This document shows positions 12,040 to 26,081 of a stretch of 64,000 nt of DNA, piece after piece; positions within the stretch are counted from its first letter, which is position 1; each line of letters starts with the position of its first letter. This DNA comes from Octopus vulgaris (Eukaryota), in NCBI GenBank assembly GCA_951406725.2, contig OX597826.1:84010001-84074000 (forward strand), read 5' to 3'. Both the position numbers and the translations under genes were made by a program. The notes beneath the pieces were generated by a model. The model saw nothing but the letters and a program-made list of their open reading frames with translations, was not told the origin of the DNA and did not search any database.

Positions 12040-12650
12040 TATGAAGCACTCAGCAAAGGCTGCTGATTCACAATTTTCCTGACACTCTTGTACAAGTTGG
12101 CAGGAAAAGCCTAAAGTATGTGAAGTCATTTACAAATCTTGGTAGAAATGTGAACTTGAGCACTTCCCTTAATGATGAAATCTTGCGAAAGCAACCAATG
12201 TATTTGGCAAACTCTGTCATCATCTATGGAATGAAAAGGGCATTAGACTTGAAACCAAAGTACAGCTCTATAAAGCTGCCATTCTTACTAATCTTCTGTA
12301 CAGCTTGGAATCATGGACACCTGATAGGTAGCACATTAACCAATTAGATGTCTTCTACAAATGCTGCCTCAGGTAAATCTGCAGTTATTCCCTAAAAGAC
12401 AGCGTCTAATGTTGACTTGTTTAGTAAGTTTAAGATTGGTGGAATTGAGAGCTTCCTTATGCAGTTGTAATTGCATTGGGCTGGTCGTGTTGTCAGACCA
12501 AGTGACGAGAGAATAGCAATGCACAGCCATCTTGGGCACAGGAGTGTTGTTGCAACCATTGCTCAGATATAAGGACAAGCTGAGGAGTAACCTCTTAGAA
12601 ATGAAGATAGTGCACAACACTTTTGAGCAAACAGCCTTCAAGTAAACAAT
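12040..12650 (+). mobile_element. Highly degenerate RTE-like LINE fragment of a different family
   Basis: Frameshifted translation VKSFTNLG...SLNDEI...LWNEKGIRLETKVQLYKAAILTNLLYSLESWT. Confidence 0.6.
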
Positions 12651-12656
12651 GGAGAT

Positions 12657-14838
12657 CATCATCATCATCATCTTTTAAAGTCCACTTTCCATGCTAGCAT
12701 GGGTTGGATGATTTGACTGAGGACTGGCGAACCAGATGGCTGCACCAGGCTCCAATCTGATCTGGCAGAGTTTCTACAGCTGGATGCCCTTCCTAATGCC
12801 AACCACTCCGAGAGTGTAGTGGGTGCTTTTACATGCCACCTGCATGAGGGCAGGTCAGGTGGCACTGGCACTGGCAATGGCCATGCTCAAAAGGTGTTTT
12901 TTACATGCCACCTGCACAGGAGCCAGTCCAGCAGCACTGGCAACGACCTCACTCAAATGTTTTTTCATGTGCCACCAGCACAAGTGCCAGTAAGGAGACG
13001 CTGGTAATGAACACGCTTGAATGGTGCTTTTTACGTACCACCAGCACGGAAGCCAGTTAGCTGCTCTGGCAATGATCACACTCGGATGGTACTCCTAGCA
13101 CTCCACTAGCAAGGATGCCAGTCATCGAATTTGATTTTGATTTCAATTTCACTTGCCTCAACAGGTCTTTGCAAGCAGAGCTTAGTGTCTAATGAAGGAA
13201 AGGTACGCATAAGTGGGCTGGTTACACCCCTGGCATAGGCCATGAGGTTATGGTCTCACTTGACTTGCCGAGTCTTCTCAAGCACAGCATATTTCCAACA
13301 GTCTCAGTCACTAGACATTGCCTCAGTGAGGCCTAATGTTCAAAGGCCATGTTTCATCACCTCATCCCAGGTCTTCCTGGGTCTACCACTTCCACAGGTT
13401 CCCTCAACTACTAGGGTGTGGCACTTTTTCACACACAACTATCCTCATGACCATACCAGCACAGTCATCTCTCTTGCACACCACATCTAATGCTTCTTAG
13501 GTCCAGCTTTTCTCTCAAGGTACTTACACTCTGTCAAATATGCACATTGACATTACGCATCCATCGGAGCATACTGGCTTCATTCCTAGTGATCTTATGC
13601 ATGTCCTCAGCAGTCACTGCCCATGTTTCACTGCTATGTAGCATGGCTGTTCATGCATCATACAGTCTACCTTTTACTCTGAGCAAGAGGCCCTTTGTTA
13701 CCAGCAGAGTTAGTAGCTCTCTGAACTTTGCCCAGGCTATTCTTATTTTAGCAGCTACCTTTTTAGCGCACCCTCCCCTGCTACTGACTTGGTTACCTAT
13801 GTAACAGAAGCTATCAACTACTTCTAGTTTTTCTCCCTGAAATGTAGCGGAAGTTGTTCTCTGCACATTTTCAGTGTAATTTATAGCTCCTGAGCATCTG
13901 CCACATACAAGAACTATCTTCTCAGTTAGCTTTCCTTTGATATTGCTGCACCTTTTATGTGTCCATAGCTTATACTGGGTACATCTTATAGAGTTTCTAC
14001 CTATGCCTCTTCTACGGATTGAGCAGGGCCATCTACCTGAAGGGATTTGTGGTTTGCCTGCCTTCCTACTTATTAGGACTTTGGTTTTAGCTACATTGAC
14101 TCTAAGGTTGACTCTAAGGCCCTTCGATTCTAATCCTTGTTTCCACACCTGAAACTTCTTCTCTAGTTCTGATAGTGACTCAGCAATTAGAGCAAGGCCG
14201 TCAGCATAGAGGAGCTCCCAGGGACATCCTGTTTTGAATTCCTCTGTTATTGCCTGGAGGACTATGATAAGTAGGAAGGGGCTGAGGACTGCTTGGTGAA
14301 CCCCTATCTCTACCCAGAATTCTTCACTGTACTCGTTGCCAACTTTCACCTTACTGACAGCATCCCTGTACATGGCTTGCACAGCTCTCACTAACCATTC
14401 ATCTATCCCTAGTTTCCTCATTGACCACAAGATAAGGGATTGGGTTACCCTGTCAAAGGCTTTCTCCATGTCAATGAAAACCAGGTACAGAGGTTTATCT
14501 TTGGTTAGGTATTTCTCCTGCAGCTGTCTTACCAGAAATATTGCATCAGTGGTACTTTTCCCTGGCACGAACCCAAACTGCATCTCATCCAAGCTGACTC
14601 TCTCCCTAATTAGTTGGGCTATGACCCTCTCCGTGACCTTCATTACCTGATCTAACAACTTGATACCTCTGTAATTATTTGTATCTAAAGCGTCACCTTT
14701 TCCTTTGTAGCAGTTGACTATAGTGCTGCTACACCAGTCATTGGGTTTGACTCCTTCATGTATCACCTGGTTAACTATACGGGTGACTAGGCTATAGCCG
14801 ACACTACCAGATATTTTGAGCATCTCAGCAGTAATTCA
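12657..14838 (-). mobile_element. 5'-truncated RTE LINE (RT through 3'UTR and tail)
   Basis: ORF 13651-14823 has NYRGIKLL, QFGFVPGKSTTDAIF, DMEKAFDRV, LLYADG; 3'UTR follows, with the (CAT)n tail at 12657-12672. Confidence 0.92.
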
Positions 14839-15087
14839 CCCTGTGTCAGAATGGTATACGATACTTTGTTTCACTCAGCATTAACAGGCTTAAGGGTGCA
14901 AAGCAAAGGAGAAAAGCAGCTGCAAGTATACCACCTGCACTCACCTGTGATTCTCATACTTGCAACATCTGCAGGCTTCTTTGCAAATCTTTAGCAGGAC
15001 TCAAATGTCACATTTAACATAAGCATTTTGACTGACAAAGAAATTGTTGGCTGTTGTATTGTCATATGTTAAAACTGATGGGAGAAT

Positions 15088-15135
<48 letters not shown>

Positions 15136-15850
15136 CTGGTGCCATGTAAAAAGCATCAAGTACATTCTGTAAAGTGGTTGGCATTAAAAAGAGCATCTGG
15201 CTGCAGAAACCATGCCAAAACAAATGATGGGATCTGATATTGTTCCCAGTCTTACCAGCTCCTGTCAAACCATCCAACCCATGACACCATGGAAAATGAG
15301 CATTAAATGATGATGATATAATGTGTGTGTGTATGTGTGTGTAAAGTAAACTCAAATGATGTTTAAAATTTATGAAAGCTGTTTTGGTAGAATTTTTATT
15401 TAGCTGTATGTTACTATGCTTAGCCATTTCTGATGTTCTACAAGTTGACATGCCTTGTATATACATACATACATACAAATATGTGTGCCAGTGTTGTGTA
15501 CGTAGCACCCGTTCTGGTGGCATGCAAAAAGTGCCCTTCGAACTTTGGGCCTCCCAGAGGCGGTGACAAGTGACCTGATCCTTTGGCAATACGCCATGCT
15601 TGAAAAGCCTTGTCAAACCAAGTGAGATCGTAGTTGTGGCTGATGCCAGTGCTTCGTGCCTGGCATCTACTACACTCATGTGGTAGTTGATGTTAGGAAG
15701 GGCATCCAGCTGTAGAAACCATGCCAAATCAGATTGAAACCTGGTGCAGCTCCCTGGCAAACCAGTCTTCAGTCAAACCCATGCCAGCATGGAAAATGGA
15801 TGTTAAATGATGATGATGATGAGGAGGAGGATAATGATGATGATGATGAT

Positions 15851-15904
<54 letters not shown>

Positions 15905-16287
15905 AAAAATAAGAACAGGGATTGAAAGGACCAGAGCACACTGTCAGTTCTCTGCTGTGTGGCTATCAAGAGAAACAGTGGTTGAGACTAGCGTTTAATC
16001 TCGTTGTTCTGACAACCTAGGAATTACAATAATGGAGAATATATATTGATTAACCAAATAATAGAAGCCTCTTTTCTCACTCTTCTTGTTTGGTAAATTT
16101 ACATTGTCCAAAGTATAGTTCCATCTTGAACATGTTAAGGGTGAAATTTTCGGACATTTGGCTGCTATTTCTAGGAGGTCGATGTCGAGGTTTTCTCTCC
16201 ACGGAAACGATAGGTATAGGTAAAGGGGAGATAACTTGTTTAATCTAAGCGAAGACAACTCTATCATTTGCTGAGCGTCGTGGTATA

Positions 16288-16749
16288 ATGGCGCACTTCG
16301 AGGAGAAAAGTGGCATCGTTCCTGTGAAAACCCCGTGGGGAGCTTGGTGGCAAACTGTAGACGAAGTATTCGTACTGGTCAACGTGCAACCAGGTACTTC
16401 AGGTCGGGATATAAAGTGTACCATTCAACCACGACACTTGAAACTGGTTGTAAAAGGAGAGACAGTCATCGACGGACAACTGGCAGATGTGGTCCGCGCC
16501 GACGACTGTTTGTGGACTTTGGAAGACAAATGCAAGGTGGACCTATGTTTATTGAAGTCTTTTTGTGGAGCTGAAAAGTGTTGGAAGTCGTTGCTAGATG
16601 GACAATACCAAGCTGATCCTTATACTTTCGATCAGATGGAGAAAAAATTAACTTTGCAGCGATTCCAATATGAAAATCCTGGCTTCGACTTCAGTGGTGC
16701 AGCAATGACCGGCAACTACCAAGGAGGTGGACCCAAGTTCAATACGTAA
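16288..16749 (+). CDS. NUDCD2: NudC domain-containing protein 2 (p23/CS-domain co-chaperone), intronless, 153 aa
   Basis: FEEKSGIVPVKTPWGAWWQTVDEV...WTLED...CWKSLL...YQADP...MEKKLTLQRFQYENPGFDFSGA...GNYQGGGP matches NUDCD2 end to end. Good Kozak context (ataATGG); AATAAA motifs near 16941 and 17256-17335. Confidence 0.95.
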   Translation: MAHFEEKSGIVPVKTPWGAWWQTVDEVFVLVNVQPGTSGRDIKCTIQPRHLKLVVKGETVIDGQLADVVRADDCLWTLEDKCKVDLCLLKSFCGAEKCWKSLLDGQYQADPYTFDQMEKKLTLQRFQYENPGFDFSGAAMTGNYQGGGPKFNT

Positions 16750-17584
16750 TGTTTCTTTCATTCTCCACTTTCACCAACCTCCCCCCCTCTCTCTCTCTCA
16801 CAATCATATTTTACTTCCTCGTCTCTCCTCAGACCTCCTACACAAACACCATCAATGTGTAAACAGGATCATGTGTTCATTTCTTTATTTGACAACTTCG
16901 TTCCTTCGCAATGTCTTCTTCTTTGAAGATCCGCAACAGAAATAAAATTGTCTTTATTTTTCTAACCTTACAAAGGCCTGGGTACAATTTAAAAGAAGAC
17001 CCAAAGAAAAAAATGTTGGCGACACAAAGTCGATCCAAAAACTCAGTCTTCGGTCACACAACAATTATAACAAGAAATGTTTGACTCGATCTTGTTTTAC
17101 CCTCTTCCTCCTGCTACAAATTATTATCATTATTATTTACTACTACAACACACCAGTAATACTATCACAACCAACATCTCAGGAAAAGGCATAAACGTTA
17201 CAACTTCCCATTACCGTTTTCCTATTATTATCGACCATGCGACTCTAAACACATCAATAAAACATTAAAAAGAAATAAAGTTTTTTCATCTTTTATCTAC
17301 ATCTAAAGATCGAAGATCGATGATACCTCAATAAACAGGTTTTGATCCACCTTATGATATTTCTGGGTCTGCAATGTTGAAAATCATTTCCTTTAATGAA
17401 TACCTGCGTATGAATACACACACACAAAAGAAAAAGCATCGATCATATTTCTTCCTGGAGGGGCCACCTTGTCCCTAGTTTTTACCATTCTGTCTCTCAT
17501 ACTTCCTTAACTTTTAAGCGCAAATATTTTGTCTGTGCCGCATCACATGAAAAACAGGTATCCACTCAATACAAAGAAATAATG

Positions 17585-17651
<67 letters not shown>

Positions 17652-18879
17652 ATATTATCACGGTATAATAAATAATAATATTCACACAGACAGACGGGGC
17701 AGATGTCTCACAGAAGAGAAGCAAGAGGAATGTCTCATGATGGGATGCACAGAAGCAAGTTTGGTGAAACTACTCGAACATTCTTTAAAGTTTTGGTTAT
17801 TTCCATATTATTCCGTAACATATTTTATTTTATTCTCTAAATCGGAATGTTATCATGCCAAGCTTTTTTTTACATTGTTTTATATTAAACATCGTTATTT
17901 AAAAATAAAGCTGTCCATTCTTCTAATTCTATATTTTTCAAATATACTTGTTTGTGTGTTATGAAGGTATAGATTTAATGTGTTAAAAATACACAATTTT
18001 GTTCGATATTTCTTCGTTGTTACCTAATCGAAGCCAAAGATATTGATCTTTGGTACTATTCAAAGCCTCAAAACATTAAACAACAATTAGATTTTCATTC
18101 CAGCCTGGCATTTATTTTTCTTATTGTTGATGTCAATGGTGACATGTTTCAAGTTGTCACCGTCTTCAACCGAATTAGCTTCTGTCTTCGCCGCCGGTCG
18201 TCCTGATTGCGTGAAATAGTAGCTAAGTCTTCCTTATATCACACCGTAATAAAACGACTCATATTTTGGACAGATTACTTTTGAGACGAAATGGTCACGG
18301 CTTGAGTATTAATAATTAATGTTTACAAGAGATACGAGTTCGAATTCCATGAACAGCCCTCGCCTTTTTCTGTTGAAAGCTTTTTTTAACCCAATATTTA
18401 CACGCTGTTTTGTAGCCTTATTTACTTCGAGATCTACCATTCCATAAAATAATTTTTTTCCAATTTGTTTTCACGTTTAATACTTTGTCTCAGCTAATGT
18501 CTTTCATACTTTGAGTAATTAAACCCTCAGTTTTATTTATTTGTTTATTTGCATTTCAAATATGAAGGCCTTGAATGAGACAATATTGTTGCCGTTATTT
18601 AGTCCCAAATCAATTCTGATTCAGCAAAATTTATAATTAAAGAACCGTTTTAGCAATAATTACACCTTTTCTTTCTTTTTTTTTCTTGGCATGGTTTGCT
18701 AGCAGTGCTCCAGCATGGTCAGATCCCTTTAACTGTAACAGGCAAAAGTAAATAATAGTGCATATAGGACTAGATTATCTAACATGTAAATCAATTTTAA
18801 ATCAAGCCAAAGCTAATTGGGGCTCGTTAGTTCTGTAACAGTAGGCAAGATATCCCAAGAAATCGATTTTCTTAAATGC

Positions 18880-19440
18880 CCTGAAGGCTCCCTAGAGGAA
18901 GTAGATAGTGTCTGCTATCTAGGTGACTCCAATTAGTGGAAGAAGATGTTCTGAAAGTGTAGTTGCAAGAATAAGAATAGGATGGAGTAAGTTCAGAGGG
19001 TTATTACCTCAGTTGGCACCAAAAGCTCTCTCTCTCTCTTTCTTTTTCTTTTTCTCTGAGTGAAAGGCAGATTGTATGACACTCGTGTATGCACAACAGT
19101 GCAGCATGGTAGTGAGGTGTGGCCTTAAATGTAGGTGACATGGAAAGACTGGGGAGGAATGAAGCTAAGGTGCTTGGATTTGCATTGTCATTGTGCATGT
19201 ACAACAGCATGATAATGTATTGAAAGAAAGGCATCAGAAGAATCAGATGAAGGGTGTAAGAGAGAAAGCTGTAGTGGTTGAGATGTGATGCGTATGGAGA
19301 AAGACAGCTGTATAAAGAAGGACCAATCATTTGAAGTGCATGTGACCTGTGTAAGAGAGATACCCAGCAAGACATAGGATGAAGTGTTGAAGGTTGATCT
19401 CAAGATGCTTTGTGGAGGAGATGACTGAGGAGTGAGAGAA
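18880..19440 (+). mobile_element. Old degenerate RTE fragment
   Basis: gaagtagatagtgtctgctatctaggtgac...gtgaaaggcagattgtatgac matches the RTE RT C-terminal region. Confidence 0.65.
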
Positions 19441-21199
19441 TTGGGGATTTGCTTTGCTTGAGATAACCTGACCATCACAGCAAAAACGGTATCCTAAAAC
19501 CAATTGGTGTGCTTGTATGTGTACGGCCTGCCTCATTAAGCATTTCTCTCCCAATTCTTGTCCCCTAACACCTATCACCCCCTTATTCATTGTACTACTT
19601 GGCAGCTGTAATCCCTTGAGAATGGAATAAGCACATATTCTTTTTTGGTTACCTCCAGCCTTTCTCTCAGGAACTGCCTCCATTTCATATTATCATCCCT
19701 ATCCAAGTTATTTGCCCCAATCACCTCCCTTTTTATGCCTTCACCCCCCCCCCCCCCAATCACTTTCTTCTGCTGTTCTCCATTCTTGACCCCTCTCTTA
19801 TCTGCTATCATTCTCTGTGCCCTCCCACATCTACTATCATCCCCCCCCTCACACACACACTCACCAGAGCCCCCTTATGTACCCCAATATCTCCCTCCTT
19901 CTCCACTGCCCCTACACTTTGCACATCAATTCACTACTTTCTGGTCTATTTTTATTCCTGAACTGCTCCCATATTTCTCACCTCAACCCTCTCCATACTG
20001 ATGTTTCCCCTCATCCACACCTTCACCCCCTATACATTCACCTCCGTCTCCATCTTTCACCATCTGTTATGTACTCTTCACACTCTATGAAAGCCTCTTC
20101 TCTCTCCTCTCCTGCTCACTTTTTTCTGGCATTCCATCACAACCTTCCTTTGTGTCCTTCTCAACTACTCACACCCACCTCTCTGTATAACAGGGCTTAG
20201 TTCTGTATCTCTTTCACTGCAAGTCCCCTGTGCTTCTTCCTCCATCTTGTTTCAGCCTTTCAACATTCAAAATGAAGCTCCCTTCTTCCCCTCTCAAATA
20301 CTCTTCGTTCAGTTGTAGAAGCCTTTTTTCTCATTCCTCTCCAGGTTCTTCTTTTGTCTTGTAAGTCACTTAACAACCTCTGTAGTGCTGATGACATGGA
20401 AAGAAGCACCCAATCCACTCTGCAAAGTGGTTGGCATTAGGAAAGGCACCCAGTCATGGAACCTTTGCCAAATCAGATAATGGAGCCTGGCACAGTTTCT
20501 TTGCTTGCTGGATTCTGTCAAACTGTCCAACCTATGCCAGCATGGAAAGTGGACATTAAATGATGATGATGACTGTCTTTGTTTCCACTAATTTTGAAAA
20601 TTATGAAGAATTTAAACAACTTTATAATATTAAGCTGGCATTTAGAACAATTTAACATGAAATTTTGATGGAAGGATTTAAGTTAGACCATTTTAAAACA
20701 GGGAACTTGTATTGTAAAACTCGGAAAAGTCTTTGGTATTTTGTTATTAAAAGGGTTAAAGGTGTTTTTTATATAAGGTTCCATCAGTGCTGGAAGGCTT
20801 TTTTATTTTTTCAGCCTGAGGAATTGATGGATAACTGAATAGAAACTTTAATAAACAGGTATCAAAGAATCTAAATTGCTTCTCAAAAAGCCTTAACTCT
20901 CATTTACAGAATTTGCCATTTTTTCAACTTGAACATCAAGGCTGTAGATGATATGGTTGTGTCTTAACAGGTTTGTAATGTAGATTTTTTTAAAGTCACC
21001 TTAAGAGTGTCCTGTCACAGAACTCTTAAGATAAAAACTAATGTGCAGAGTCTCATTTCTTGCACTCAAAACAAAAGTAACGTCAGGAACATAAACCATG
21101 AACCATACACAAAGAATGACCATGGCTTCAGCTGGCTGAATATGCTCCGGGTCATTTAGCATGGGGTTAATCTTGCAGCGTTTGGACAAGCTCAAATAA

Positions 21200-21850
21200 A
21201 AGCTCCATCCCCATTCCTATTCACCATAGTCCTACTGGCCATCACAGAGGAGTTTGAGATTGGCTATCCATGGAAGTTCCAATATGCTGTTGATCTAGTT
21301 CTAATAGATGAAACTATGGTGGGCATGGAAGCTAAATCTAGAACTGAAAGGCCACAAGGTCAACTTAGCAAAGATGAAGTTTTTAGTAAATAGGAAAGAA
21401 AACAGGCCCATGGTGTTTTGAGGGAAAGGTCTCTGCTTGATAAACAAAAAAGAAATAAGTCTAAACCCCATACACTGTAGCTAACATAAGTTCTGGATGC
21501 ACAAGAGATGTAGTGGAATCAGAGGCAGGTTAACAGAGAAAGTAAACTTCAGATGAACTGGTGGAATGCCCCTTAAATGGTTAATTAGTAAGCATAATTA
21601 GTCAGGTTGCTCTGAAAGTGTAGCAGCTAGGGTAAGAATGGGTTGGAAGAAGTTCAAGGAGCTGATACAGCTGTTGCTAACAAATTTCTTTTCTCTGGCA
21701 GTGAAGGATAGATTGTAGAGTACTTGTACTTGAAATGCAATGCTGCATGCTATAGAGACATGGGCCTTGAATGCAGAGAGACTGGAAGGAAATGAGGCAA
21801 GTGTGCTTTGTGAAATGTGCATGATCAACAAAGTACAAATGTATGAATTC
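21200..21850 (+). mobile_element. Old degenerate RTE fragment
   Basis: Homologous to 38150-38900 (ggctatccatggaagttccaatatgctgttgat; gtgaaggatagattgtagagt). Confidence 0.65.
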
Positions 21851-21891
21851 TAAGCGCTTATGGTCAGTTTTCAAGAAAAATATTTGTCTTA

Positions 21892-22279
21892 TAGGCACGG
21901 GCATGGCTGTGTTGTAAGAAGCTTGCTTCCCAACCACATGGTTCCAGGTTCAGTCCCACTGTGTGGCATTTTGGGCAAATGTCTTCCACTCTAGCCTTAG
22001 GCTGGCTGAAGCCTTGTGAGTGGATTTGGTAGATGGAAACTAAAAGAAGCCCATCGTGTATATATATATATATATTGGCATGTTTGTCCCTCCACTATCG
22101 CTTGACAACTGATGTTGGTGTGTTTACATCCCTATAACTTAGCAGTTTGGCAAAAGGGACTGATAGAATAAGTACCAGGTTTACAAAGAACAAGTCCTGG
22201 GGTTGATTTGTTTGACTGAAAGCAGTGTTCCAGCATGGTCACAGTCAAACAACTGAAGCAAGTAAAAGAGTAATAAGAA
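21892..22279 (+). mobile_element. tRNA-derived SINE (ggcacgggcatggctgtg family)
   Basis: tRNA-like head (ggttccaggttcagtccc) and shared body. Other copies near 26641, 28700 (-), 29384, 32365, 51170-51570 (-), 53375 and 53985. Confidence 0.8.
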
Positions 22280-22382
22280 TTGTCGACCTCTTTACACTGT
22301 CCAGACAGTCACTGAAGCCAATGTCTTCCCAATGTTAGAATCAGTTTTTGCTTCAGCTAGACATCGTGATAAGTATAGAATT
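22280..22382 (-). pseudogene. Gypsy RNase H relic, left piece
   Basis: Minus translation VILYLSRCLAEAKTDSNIGKTLASVTVW resembles the RNase H motif YLSRxLxxAExNYSNIEKExLAIVW. Confidence 0.55.
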
Positions 22383-25300
22383 ACATATCTCAAGATCCCG
22401 GACCACGGGGGGAGAATAAAGGATCAAATAGGGACGGAAAAAAACGAAATGGACTTGGACCGGAAATGGACAATGAGAAAGGAAATGGTATAGGAAAGGT
22501 AGATGAGGAGTTCAGCTGCTGCGGAAAGGTGTTTGCTAGTTACATTGGCTGAGAATCCACCAAGGGAAGGTGTGCCAGAAGAAAGTAATTCAACAACGCG
22601 CGTTGATAAACCATAAGACGTGTGGCCAGAACCCCCCGGAAAATAACCATTGCGAGGTTCATTCCACAGTTGAATTGGAACAGTCAAAAAGAATGATAGG
22701 CGTGAAGAAGACAAAGGTTAAGTGGCCGAAAGCAAATGACGCAGCGAGTTATAAAAACTTTTAAGGACGAGGTAGCAAGAATGACCACCAAATTCAAAGG
22801 CGACGACGAACAAAAGCTCGAAAACCTGGCTAATACAATCTACCAGGAAGGAGAGAAAAGATTTGGACTGGAAACAACAGGGGAGGTAGACTCAACGGCA
22901 AAGAGTGGACCATCGAGGAGAGAAAGGCGGATCGCAAAGATTCGAGAAGAGATGAAAAAACTCAGAACCAGATGGAGGGATGCAAAGGAGGAGGAAAGAG
23001 AAGGGCTAAAGCAGCTATATGAAGAGATAAAAAAGAAGCATCGGGACCTGCTAAGGAAACAAAGAAGGAGGAGCAGAAGAAAGGAGAGAGGAAAAAATTA
23101 TCGTAGCTTTGTGAACAATTCCTATCAATATGCGAAACATCTATTTACTGAAAGTAAAAACGGAAAATTGGATTGCACGAAAGAAGAGCTCAAACAACAT
23201 CTGAAAGAGACATACAGCGACTCTGACAGAAATGAAGTACTCCCAGAAATGCACGGACTGAAGAAACTACCTGAACCAAGAGTACCATTTGATTTGAGCG
23301 ACATCAAACGGAAAGAAATGGATAAATTCATAAGGAAAGCAAGAGCAAAAAGTGCACCAGGGAACGATGGAGTGAGCTACAAAATTACGATTGCAGCTGT
23401 TTGCACTGATAAGAGAAATTTGGAAGAAGAAAGATGTAGCGGAGCGATAGTGTATAGCTGAAGGTATCTTTCTACTTAAAGAAAAAGAGGCAAAAACACT
23501 AGGCCAATTTAGACCGATTTCACTACTAAATACAGATGGAAAAATCACGTTCGGAATAATTGCTAGACGAATCATAAGATTCGTACAGCATAACGGGTAC
23601 GTTAATGAAGCAATCCAAAAAGCAGGAATCCCTGGGTGCATAGAACACGCATTTTCCATCTGGGAAGCCATCACTTGTGAAAAACAAATGAAGAAAAACC
23701 TATGTATTGTTTGGCTAGATCTTGCCAATGCATATGGATCTGTTCCGCACGCAATAATAAAAACAGTGATGGACTTCTTTTGGATTCCAAAAGATGTTCA
23801 ACGAATGCTCATGTCGTACTATGACAACCTGAGGATGAGATTTACAGCAGGAAAGTTCACAATGGAGAGGCAATGGCTTGAAATAGGTATTGCAGCCGGA
23901 TGCACGATATCAGTCATCTTATTCATACTAGTCATGGAAATGCTACAAACTGTGAGAAAGCTGTTACAAAGACACCATTAAGGGCTTTTATGGACGACAT
24001 AACTATATTATCGGAAAGTAGAGAAGCAGCAGAGGGAATGCTAGAGCGGTTGGACGAACTGATAGGATGGGCAAGGATGAAATTCAAAGCCAAAAAATCT
24101 CGAAGCGTGGCTTTCGTGAAAGGAAGACAAGAAGAAGTGAAATCCAGGATAGGAAGTGAAGACATACCAACAGTGAAAGAACAACCAGTAAAGAGTCTCG
24201 GCAGATGGTATAGAGATTTATTAAATGATAAGAAGCAAGGAAAAGAAACACACGAGTTAGTAGAACAAGGATTAAAGGCAATTGACAGAACAACGCTGCC
24301 GGGAAAATTCAAATGTTGGATACTGCAATTTGGGCTGTACCCAAGGATAATGTGGCCATTGCAAATGTAAGAAATAGCCTCGAGTAGAGTAGAAAGGATG
24401 GAGCAAAGATGCAGTGTGTTTATCAGAAAATGACTTGGTCTGCTGAAACCACTGAATACAACTGCACTATATGGAAAAGCCGTGCTGCAATTACCAATAA
24501 CATCAATCGCCGAAGAATATAAGGCAGGAAAAGCAAGGACAGTAATGATGCTAAAGTATTCAAAAGATCAGAGCATCCGGGAAAACCCTCCAAAGGTACG
24601 AACAGGGAGGAAATGGAAGGCGGAAGAGGCAGTAAACAGGGCGATCGGAAAACTAAAGCACGCAGATATAGTCAGAGCGACGCAAGAAACTAGAACCGGC
24701 CTAGGGTCGCAAAATTTCAGGCCATTTTGCAAGAGCAGTGTAAAAGAGATGAAAGAGGCAGTGGTATACGAAGTGAGAAAGGAGGAAGAAAAAAGGCGAA
24801 ATGTACATTTGGTGCAATGCAGTTAACAGGGACAGTGCCTGAGATGGGAGGAATATGTGATCAACCGCAGAATATCATGGAAGGAACTTTGGGCTTGGGA
24901 ACAAGCAAGGACATCCTTCCTGATCAAGTCTACCTTCGACGTTCTACTCTCACCAGCGAACTTAGTCCGGTGGAACATAAACAAAACCGATGAGTGTAGA
25001 TGCGGAGAGAAAGCAACGGTTAGACATGTTCTGTCAGGTTGCAGACTAGCACTTGAAAGATATACATGGCGGCATAATCAAGTCCTCGGCATCATAATCG
25101 CAGCACTCAAGGAGAAGATCGAGAGGTACAATAGGGGAGAGTACCCCAAAGTGGAAAAGCGCAGGAAAGTATACTTCCACAAGGAGGGAAAAGGTTATAA
25201 AACCAGGCCTACAAGTAAAGTATACGAGATGGAAGGGATACTGGGAGGTGGCCACGGACTTGGGAAGACAAGTAGTATTTCCACTAATAAAAACAACAAA

Positions 25301-26081
25301 AAGACCGGATTTAGTTCTATGGAACAGAGACAGGAGAATGGGAATTTTACTAGAACTGACAGTACCTTGGGGAGAGAACATCGGCAATGCAGAGGAACGA
25401 AAGGAGAAGAGGTATGAAAAGCTAATCGAAGAATGCAGAGAACAGGGATGGAATGTCGAATATTATCACCTTGCAGTGGGGGCTAGAGGCTTCATTGAAA
25501 AAAAAAATGACAACGCTTTTCAAAATATTTGTTTTTTCTAGCCTCGAGCTGCGTAAACTAATAAGGAGAGTACAGGAGGTGGTCGAAAAGCCAGCTTCTA
25601 TATATGGCTGAAGCGGGAAGACCAAAAATGGCTTGAAAGTCATAAACACACCGACGAGAAATAACATCATTAGGTGAGACAAGCTGACTGAATCAGCTTC
25701 GCTGACTGACAAGTGACGGTCGTTTAGAAAAAGCGCGGGCTAAAACTACTCGCCTTCACTAGTCACTTAAGGTGAGACAGTGTCACGTGGCAACTTGCTG
25801 GGGCTGCCTGCTAGAGTCAAGCAGCAGGTATTTAAAGGGAGAAATTTGACAAGACAGTCAGTCACCGGCTGACACTTGTTGACGATCGAAGAGGCCAGGA
25901 AAGAGTAGAAAGAAGACAACACCAGAGCTGAAGACACCCCTGAAAGGAGGGCGGGGGGCGCCACGTCAAAACGGTAGAGGAGTAGGGGCCGAAAGCGGAC
26001 GTGGTTCCTCCTGATGATGTCTTGAGCTAACTGGATCCTATAAAGGAGCTGTTGTGGTAGCAGACCACGAAACACGGTTGT
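22383..26081 (+). mobile_element. RLE-type (R2 superfamily, HERO-like) non-LTR retrotransposon, decayed
   Basis: Frameshifted ORFs give KWPKAN, SAPGNDG, QFRPISLLN, WLDLANAYGSVPH, GIAAGCTISVILF and AFMDD (RT); CCHC finger CRCG...HVLSGC; RYTWRHNQVL; restriction-like endonuclease RPDLVLW...LLELTVPW...KEKRY. Confidence 0.9.

Noticed and set aside
19540-20360. Strongly CT/GA-skewed tracts with Pro/Ser/Leu ORFs (also 340-910, 50370-50660, 62700-63530)
   Set aside because: Low-complexity tracts next to decayed RTE tails; the ORFs reflect composition only.
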